This document shows positions 46,062 through 52,702 of a stretch of 52,702 nucleotides of DNA, piece by piece (position 1 is the stretch's first letter; the number at the start of each line of letters is the position of its first letter). Both the position numbers and the translations under genes were made by a program. The stretch spans positions 62,001 through 114,702 of the forward strand of contig CAZWDO010000014.1 in the NCBI GenBank assembly GCA_964632485.1, given 5' to 3'. This DNA comes from an uncultured bacterium. Its GTDB lineage: Bacteria; JAGOEH01. The notes beneath the pieces are model-generated. The model was not told where the DNA came from. It ran no database searches and saw only the letters and a list, made by a program, of their open reading frames with translations.

Positions 46062-48011
46062 ATGGACTTAGAACAAAAAATTAGACGGTTACAGGGTCCT
46101 CTTTTGGTTCTTGGGGCCAGTGGCTTTATCGGGGCTAATTTGTTCAGGCAATTGCTTAATTATAGAGAAGATGTTTTTGGGACGATATCTCGATTTCCTG
46201 CTTGGCGATTGGAGGGATTGAACGAACAGAATATTATTAATGTTGATTTGCTGGTTGATTCAAATATAGACTTTTTACTAGAAAAAACTCATCCACGAAC
46301 CATCTTTAATTGTGTCGCTTATGGTGCTTATTCCTTTGAAACCGATAGTCAACTCATTTATCAAACAAATTTTAATCTTACAGAGAAAATTTTAATCCGT
46401 ATATCCCCCCATCGAATTAGCTGTTATATCCATGCTGGCAGTTCTTCGGAATATGGAGATAATTGTTCAGGCCCAAGTGAAACCGATCTACCTGCCCCGA
46501 ATAGTAATTATGCTGTCTCTAAAATTGCCTGTGATAACCTTTTGCACTTATATGGTAAAAAAATACAACTGCCTTGCACGAATTTGAGATTGTATTCTGT
46601 TTATGGACCTTTAGAAGACTCTTCTCGTCTGATTCCCAATCTTATTTGCTACGGAATTGAGGGCAAATATCCTAATTTTGTTAGTCCTGATATTTCTAGA
46701 GATTTTGTCTATGTTGATGATGTTAATGAGGCTTTTTTTGATACGGCATTGAATCTAAAGGAGGAAGATTACGGGGAATCATTTAATATTGGTAGTGGAA
46801 AAAAAACCATGATTAGTGAAGTAGCAAAGGCTGCTAAGGAAATATTTAACCTTAACACTGAACCTGTTTATAATTCAATGCAAAACCGAAATTGGGATAT
46901 CATTGATTGGTTTGCAAATCCAACAAAGGCTCATGAACATTTGGGATGGAATGCGAAGATAAGCTTTCAAGAAGGGTTGATTAAAACGGCTGAATGGTAT
47001 CGGGGATTAGAAAACAAGGCAAGATATCATCAAAGTTCAAAAAAGTATGGATTAGATACAAAGTACAGTGTTGCAGCGATAATTGCCTGTTATAAGGATA
47101 ATAAATCAATTCCCATCATGTATAAACGGCTTAAGGAAACTTTTACTAAATTGAATATTGAATATGAAATTATTTTTGTCAATGATTGTAGTCCTGACAA
47201 TAGTGAAGAAGTGATTCGAGGAATTTCACAAACTGATAAACGGGTAATTGGTATTTCCCATGCGCGTAATTTTGGCTCTCAATCTGCTTTTAAGAGTGGC
47301 ATGGAAATAGCATCAAAAAATGCGTGTGTTTTGCTTGATGGAGATCTTCAGGATCCACCCGAATTAATTGAAACATTTGTCGAAAAGTGGCGTGAAGGAT
47401 ATGATGTAGTTTATGGTCGTCGCAAGAAACGTCAAGCACCTTTTTTAATGCAGCTTGCTTACAAAGCTTTCTATCGTATTTTTGATTATTTTTCCTACCT
47501 TTCCATCCCCAATGATGCCGGGGATTTTTCTTTAATGGATAAAAAAGTAGTTCAAGCAATTTTGCAGTTTTCAGAGCGAGATTTGTTTCTTCGAGGTGTG
47601 AGAGCTTTTGTTGGTTTTAAACAGATCGGCATAGATTATATACGACCTGAGCGAATGTTTGGCGTAACTACTAACAATTTAGTGAAGAATATTGGTTGGG
47701 CTAAAAAAGGTATTTTGTCTTTTAGTTACACTCCTTTGACTATTCTCAGTGTTATGGGGACAGTGTTACTATTAATAACTCTATTATTTTCATTTTTACA
47801 AATTATCAGTCGCATTCTTTTCCCAAATTTAGCACCTAAAGGGGTAACAACAATGTTACTTTCTATCTTATTTTTTGGCTCCCTTATTTTATTTAGTATC
47901 GGTGTTCTTGCTGAATATATTGCCAAAATTTTTGAAGAAGTTAAACAAAGACCTCACTTTATTCGTCGTACAATTATCAAAAATGGCGAAATTAGAATGG
48001 CGTCAAAGTAA
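46062..48011 (+). CDS. Fusion of NAD-dependent epimerase/dehydratase and GT2 polyprenyl-phosphate glycosyltransferase (GtrB/ArnC-like)
   Basis: GASGFIG, GSSSEYG, YAVSK; then FVNDCSPD, RNFG, DGDLQDPP, GDFSLMD, two C-terminal TMs, EYIAKIFEEVKQRP. Confidence 0.92.
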   Translation: MDLEQKIRRLQGPLLVLGASGFIGANLFRQLLNYREDVFGTISRFPAWRLEGLNEQNIINVDLLVDSNIDFLLEKTHPRTIFNCVAYGAYSFETDSQLIYQTNFNLTEKILIRISPHRISCYIHAGSSSEYGDNCSGPSETDLPAPNSNYAVSKIACDNLLHLYGKKIQLPCTNLRLYSVYGPLEDSSRLIPNLICYGIEGKYPNFVSPDISRDFVYVDDVNEAFFDTALNLKEEDYGESFNIGSGKKTMISEVAKAAKEIFNLNTEPVYNSMQNRNWDIIDWFANPTKAHEHLGWNAKISFQEGLIKTAEWYRGLENKARYHQSSKKYGLDTKYSVAAIIACYKDNKSIPIMYKRLKETFTKLNIEYEIIFVNDCSPDNSEEVIRGISQTDKRVIGISHARNFGSQSAFKSGMEIASKNACVLLDGDLQDPPELIETFVEKWREGYDVVYGRRKKRQAPFLMQLAYKAFYRIFDYFSYLSIPNDAGDFSLMDKKVVQAILQFSERDLFLRGVRAFVGFKQIGIDYIRPERMFGVTTNNLVKNIGWAKKGILSFSYTPLTILSVMGTVLLLITLLFSFLQIISRILFPNLAPKGVTTMLLSILFFGSLILFSIGVLAEYIAKIFEEVKQRPHFIRRTIIKNGEIRMASK

Positions 48012-48085
48012 CTACTTAGCAAACTTAACGTTTGATCAAAAATAGTTTTTCAATGCAAAAAAACACTTAAAATAAGGAAAAAATT

Positions 48086-48817
48086 ATGGATAGAAATGCT
48101 GAAGCATTTAACCAAGATGTTGTCAAAAATAATGGCTACCTATATACAACCAACGCTCGCCTGAGTAGTCGCCTTGCTAACGGTCGGTTAACAAAGTCTG
48201 CCCTGGAAGTCGCTGATTTTAACGGTAAAAAAGTTCTGGATATTGGCTGTGGTGATGGTACTTATACCATTGAACTATTTGAAGCAGCACAACCAATAAG
48301 TATTGAAGGAATAGACGCTGCTCAAGAAGCTATTGATGTAGCTAAAGAAAAAAACGCTAACCGAAGAATTAATTTTACTGTGGCGAGTGCTTATGAATTG
48401 CCTTATGAAAACCAAAGTTTTGACATTGTTCAACTTCGAGGTGTGTTACATCATTTGGACAGACCTATTGAGGCATTAAAGGAAGCATTAAGAGTAGCAG
48501 ATACGCTGATCATTATCGAACCAAATGGCTATAGCCCAGTGCTAAAACTAATCGAGAGATTTTCACCCTATCATATCGAGCATAAGGAGAAGTCTTATGC
48601 TCCCCGAAACCTTGATCGCTGGGTCAAGTCTTTAGGAGCAGTACTTGTTAAACATCAATGGGTTGGACTAGTACCTTGCTTTTGTCCAGATTGGATGGCT
48701 CAGATATTAAAAAAAATTGAGCCTGTATTTGAGAGTGTTCCACTTGTCAATTCAATAAGTTGTGCTGTCTATGTTCTGGTCGCTCAACGCAAAAAAGTAA
48801 AGGGTTTTAGTAGTTAA
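48086..48817 (+). CDS. Class I SAM-dependent methyltransferase
   Basis: VLDIGCGDG, LPYENQSFD, GVLHH, IEPN. Confidence 0.9.
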   Translation: MDRNAEAFNQDVVKNNGYLYTTNARLSSRLANGRLTKSALEVADFNGKKVLDIGCGDGTYTIELFEAAQPISIEGIDAAQEAIDVAKEKNANRRINFTVASAYELPYENQSFDIVQLRGVLHHLDRPIEALKEALRVADTLIIIEPNGYSPVLKLIERFSPYHIEHKEKSYAPRNLDRWVKSLGAVLVKHQWVGLVPCFCPDWMAQILKKIEPVFESVPLVNSISCAVYVLVAQRKKVKGFSS

Positions 48818-48899
48818 AAAATTTTCAGATTCTTAACCTGCCGTCTTATTTAGCAGACGCATATAGGGAAGTATATAAATCAATGAGACTAAAATAGAA

Positions 48900-49805
48900 A
48901 TGGAAATGGTAAATCGCTCTTGCCCAGTTTGCGGCTCAAATGATCAATCCAAAATTTTTGCTGAGGCTGATTTTGATCTTAATCAATTAGATAATTTTTC
49001 CTTTGCTTCTCGTAAACTGCCTGAGTATATGCACTACAAATTGATTTCTTGCCCAATTTGCGATCTACTTTATGCCAGTCCCATTCCTGAATTGTGTGAG
49101 TTAGCAACTGCATATCATGAAGCTGCCTTTGATAGTTATGAAGAAGCTAATTGTGCGGGTAGAACTTATGGGAGTTTTTTATCGGAGATTATGCAACATC
49201 TTCCTGATTTTGATGGTGCACTTGATATTGGGACAGGGAATGGAGCATTTTTAGAAGAATTGCTCAGTAAAGGCTTTACTTCTGTAGCTGGAGTAGAACC
49301 TTCCCAAGCGCCAATTTTGGTGGCTAAGGATAATATACAATCCTTAATTAAGCATGACCTTTTCAAAGTCGAAGATTTTACTCCAGGCACGTTTAGTCTT
49401 GTTACTTCTTTTCAAACTTTAGAACACTTGTATGACCCAAAACAAATGTGCGGTGATGCTTACACTTTGTTAAAAGAAGGTGGAGCTGTCATGTTTATAT
49501 GTCATAATCATCGCGGGCTCTCAGCTAAAATTTTGGGTATGAAGTCTCCAATTTTTGATGTTGAACATTTACAATTGTTTTCTGAAAAAAGTACTAAATA
49601 TATGTTAAAATCTTGTGGATTTGTAAGCTTGGAAACTAAAATCGTCTTCAATCGTTATCCTTTACATTACTGGGTCAAGTTATTCCCCCTCCCATTAACA
49701 TTCAAAAGAGCATATATTGCCTTTTTGAAAAAGATAAAAATCGGTTACTTACCTATTTCGATTCCGGCTGGTAATTTTGTGGTAGTTGGTTATAAAAGAG
49801 GTTAA
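48900..49805 (+). CDS. Class I SAM-dependent methyltransferase with N-terminal CxxC...CxxC zinc site
   Basis: CPVC...CPIC, LDIGTGNG, GVEPS, LEHLYDP. Confidence 0.9.
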   Translation: MEMVNRSCPVCGSNDQSKIFAEADFDLNQLDNFSFASRKLPEYMHYKLISCPICDLLYASPIPELCELATAYHEAAFDSYEEANCAGRTYGSFLSEIMQHLPDFDGALDIGTGNGAFLEELLSKGFTSVAGVEPSQAPILVAKDNIQSLIKHDLFKVEDFTPGTFSLVTSFQTLEHLYDPKQMCGDAYTLLKEGGAVMFICHNHRGLSAKILGMKSPIFDVEHLQLFSEKSTKYMLKSCGFVSLETKIVFNRYPLHYWVKLFPLPLTFKRAYIAFLKKIKIGYLPISIPAGNFVVVGYKRG

Positions 49806-50003
49806 TACTTTTTAATCATAATTGCTGGTATAGAAAAACAGATATTGACCATTTCACTCCCTATATGGAAATTTAATCTTGAAAAACGATCGAATTTTTA
49901 AAATGGATACAATCACGAAATCAATTTTCCTGAAATAGTTAACATGTAAAAAAAACTTAAAGCTCATTGTCACTAAACCCTGATGTCAATATAGAGGTCA
50001 AGA

Positions 50004-51488
50004 ATGCAGGATAAAAAACTCAATAGAGTCTTTTGGTTGTTATATATTGTTCTTGGATGCATCATCCTCCTCCCTTTGTTTTTATTTCCGCACCCACCCA
50101 TGCAGGATTACCCGGCGAGGCTATTGGAATCGAAGGTATATCATGAAGTGGTTACAGGGAATCCTCAATACACAGAATACTTTGAATCGCAATCGTTATG
50201 GATGACCAACCGTGCCACGACCTGGATGGTGGCGATTTTGGGTCCAGTTGTCGGATGGATTCTGGCCGGGAAGCTGGTAATAACATTAATCATTGTTCTA
50301 ACTCAAGTTGGTTTGATAGTTTTATTACTGAAAATAGCGCCTGAAAAAAAGTATTATTCGTTTCTATTTTATCTTGTGGCCTGGCATTTGTACCTGATGC
50401 GCGGTAGTCTTAATTATTCGTTGGGACTTGGATTATCTTTTTTGCTCTTGGCATTGTGGATTTTTCCCTTGCATCAGAGAATTTCTTTGCGATCCTTGAT
50501 TACCTGGAAACGCATAGCGGCAACTTTCCTGCTTTCTGTTTTAATTCTGTGGGCGCATCCGATACCTATTTTTGTCGCGGCTCATTTAATTATTGCCGAT
50601 TATTTGCTCAGAAAACGAGAAAAGAAGTGGATTGTATCTTTTTTAGTGTTGATCACTATTGGCTATCCGTTGATGGCTATCCCTTTGTCAAAAGCTTTAA
50701 TCTATTTTTTTGGACAACATGCTAAGGGAGAAATGCTGGGCTATGCCTGGGGTTGGGGGAAAATCAGCGCGTTAGTATCTGCCTTTTTTCTCTATAAGCC
50801 TTTGCTTCAAATCGCTCTCTATGTTGGAGTATTTGGTTCAATTGTTTTTTTTGTTTTCCAGTCCGATTCATGGAAATCAATTGGCTGGCATTGGATATAT
50901 TTGGGGGTGTTCCTGGCCGTATTAATCCTTTTTCTACCCAGCGGCTCTTTGGTAATGGTCAACAGTGTGGAAAGCCGAATCAGTATCTATTTTGCTATTC
51001 TGTTCATTGCTTCCTTGCCGAATATCAAATCTATATTTCATAATCGGTTCGTCATGGTGTCAGTATTGTTTGTAATGGTTTATTTGATTTATATCAGTAA
51101 CTATTTTTATCAGTTTAACCAGGAAACCAGGAGTTATTTCAGTTTTTTGTCCACTGTGAAATCGGGCCAGACATATTCAGTAAGAAATGACTGGAATTTC
51201 CGCCGTCCTGAAAGTCTTAGTGAAATTTGGCGCTATCTGACAGAAAAAGAGTTTAACTTCCCCTATGTGTTGGCGCCCGATTATTACGGAGTGATGAAGG
51301 ATGGTTTGGGTGGATTTCTTTTTTTAATCAGTCATCAATGCGCGCTCAAAGAAAAAAAACCATTGCCTCAAGGGGATTTAGTAATTTATTCGTTCAATGG
51401 CATGACCGATTATGAACCCTCAGAATATGTTAAAAATAACTACCAATTGATTTTTCATTCTCCCCGCTTCAAAGTATTTCAAAAATGA
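50004..51488 (+). CDS. Polytopic membrane protein, putative GT-C glycosyltransferase
   Basis: Many TM segments; first-loop motif PPMQDYP; GSLNY; C-terminal soluble domain. Confidence 0.6.
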   Translation: MQDKKLNRVFWLLYIVLGCIILLPLFLFPHPPMQDYPARLLESKVYHEVVTGNPQYTEYFESQSLWMTNRATTWMVAILGPVVGWILAGKLVITLIIVLTQVGLIVLLLKIAPEKKYYSFLFYLVAWHLYLMRGSLNYSLGLGLSFLLLALWIFPLHQRISLRSLITWKRIAATFLLSVLILWAHPIPIFVAAHLIIADYLLRKREKKWIVSFLVLITIGYPLMAIPLSKALIYFFGQHAKGEMLGYAWGWGKISALVSAFFLYKPLLQIALYVGVFGSIVFFVFQSDSWKSIGWHWIYLGVFLAVLILFLPSGSLVMVNSVESRISIYFAILFIASLPNIKSIFHNRFVMVSVLFVMVYLIYISNYFYQFNQETRSYFSFLSTVKSGQTYSVRNDWNFRRPESLSEIWRYLTEKEFNFPYVLAPDYYGVMKDGLGGFLFLISHQCALKEKKPLPQGDLVIYSFNGMTDYEPSEYVKNNYQLIFHSPRFKVFQK

Positions 51489-51537
51489 TTTATGCAACAT
51501 AATTATTACGAGTTAATAAGTAAGGCAGATATACGGG

Positions 51538-51783
51538 ATGACTGTTGAAGAGATTAAAAACTATCGTCGCAAACTTGAGTTATATAATAAATTTGAACAT
51601 AATGAAAAGCGTAATTATTCTCCGGAACAATCTGTGCAAAGATTTTTCAGTTTGTATTGTTTTGGGATTGAACGCCTGGGAGTGGAAAAACTGGAATCAT
51701 ATCACAAAGAGCACTTAAAAAGCCTGATTGCTATACAATCCGTTTTTAAACGTTTACAAAGATTATCCATTGATAATCAATGA
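51538..51783 (+). CDS. Small hypothetical protein
   Basis: 81-aa helical ORF filling the gap between two genes. Confidence 0.5.
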   Translation: MTVEEIKNYRRKLELYNKFEHNEKRNYSPEQSVQRFFSLYCFGIERLGVEKLESYHKEHLKSLIAIQSVFKRLQRLSIDNQ

Positions 51784-51817
51784 TAATTATAGTGATGAAC
51801 AATGGAGGAAATAGAGC

Positions 51818-52702
51818 ATGTTGAAAAAATACGATATTTGTATCCTTGGCGGTTTAGGGCATATCGGATTGCCCTTGGGATTGGCGTTTGCCGATAGTGG
51901 TAAACATGTGCTGCTGTTGGATGTCAACCGTTCTTCTATTGAAAAACTTAATCAAGGAATTTTGCCTCACCTTGAATATGGCGCACAGGAAGTCCTGAAC
52001 CGGGTATTGCATCAATCATTGGAAGCTTCCGATGACAAACAACTGATAGCGCATGCAAAGTTTTTGATTATTGTATTGGGTACACCAGTTGATGAGCACC
52101 TCAATCCTCAGTTTACACTTTTCAAGAATATGATTGCGGATATTTTGCCTTATCTGCATGATGATCAGCATATTATTCTTCGGAGTACAATTTATCCGGG
52201 AACGACTGATAAAATTCGTGAATTTTTGATTGAAAATGGAAAAAAAACGCGAGTGAGCTTTTGCCCGGAACGAATTTCCCAGGGTTATGCCATGTCGGAA
52301 CTGCAAAACTTGCCTGAAATTGTCGGCGCTAATGATGAGGAAACTCGTCAGGAAGCTGCGGATCTGTTTCGCTTGCTGACGTCTGAAATTGTGTTTTTGA
52401 ATTCGTTGGAAGCGGAAATGGCGAAGCTTTTCACTAATTCATGGCGCTATATCCAATTTGCTGTCGCTAATCAGTTTTACCAATTAGCCACGGAGAACAA
52501 TTGTGATTTCTATCGGATTTATCATGCGATCACGCATAATTATCCACGTACCAAAGGGCTGCCCAAAGCCGGTTTTGCCGCCGGTCCTTGTTTGTTTAAG
52601 GATACCATGCAATTAGTGGCGTTTAGTAATAACCATTTCTTTCTGGGTCATTCCGCCATGCTCATCAATGAAGGCATGCCCAATTTCCTGGTGCAAACGC
52701 TC
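51818..52702 (+). CDS. Nucleotide-sugar dehydrogenase (UDP-Glc/GDP-Man/UDP-ManNAc dehydrogenase family), partial
   Basis: Hand translation from ATG 51818 (RBS GGAGG): ICILGGLGHIGLP, GTPVD, LRSTIYPGTT, FCPERI, AEMAKLFTN, GFAAGPCLFKD; runs off the right edge. Confidence 0.92.
   Translation, partial: MLKKYDICILGGLGHIGLPLGLAFADSGKHVLLLDVNRSSIEKLNQGILPHLEYGAQEVLNRVLHQSLEASDDKQLIAHAKFLIIVLGTPVDEHLNPQFTLFKNMIADILPYLHDDQHIILRSTIYPGTTDKIREFLIENGKKTRVSFCPERISQGYAMSELQNLPEIVGANDEETRQEAADLFRLLTSEIVFLNSLEAEMAKLFTNSWRYIQFAVANQFYQLATENNCDFYRIYHAITHNYPRTKGLPKAGFAAGPCLFKDTMQLVAFSNNHFFLGHSAMLINEGMPNFLVQTL

Noticed and set aside
52016..52306. 96-aa minus-strand ORF
   Set aside because: Antisense shadow of the nucleotide-sugar dehydrogenase

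Overview
Chromosomal window from a flagellated, probably anaerobic diderm bacterium (lineage not assignable from sequence alone). The left ~41.8 kb is moderate-GC core-like sequence. It starts with a tricorn/S41-like beta-propeller protein that runs off the left edge and is missed by the ORF track, then a lipoprotein, a candidate rod-shaped ncRNA and rlmN-PilZ-DUF2179. Next come a short acidic ORF plus two Ddl-like ATP-grasp ligases, an Aas-like acyl-ACP synthetase, and prs-PP2C-rdgB followed by pspC/LiaF-type genes. A Rex-led operon with two variant Rex-like operators encodes a trimeric electron-bifurcating-type [FeFe] hydrogenase, a PAS sensory [FeFe] hydrogenase and a PP2C phosphatase. Then follow rplU-rpmA, a flagellar/chemotaxis block (flgM, cheW, cheR, 2x cheY, FapA, cheB, AMIN-TPR, PAS kinase, sigma54 regulator) and a tandem-repeat coiled-coil PD-(D/E)xK protein. 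At ~41.9-42.4 kb, decayed IS66 and ISL3 remnants mark the start of an AT-rich surface-glycosylation island: two GT-C-like membrane proteins, a split transketolase, an epimerase-GT2 fusion, two methyltransferases and a nucleotide-sugar dehydrogenase running off the right edge. The best candidates for undescribed biology are this ThDP-dependent sugar/lipid-carrier glycosylation module, the peptide plus ATP-grasp pair, the structured RNA upstream of rlmN and the Rex/HydS/PP2C hydrogen-redox operon. All family assignments are from motif recognition; no searches were run.
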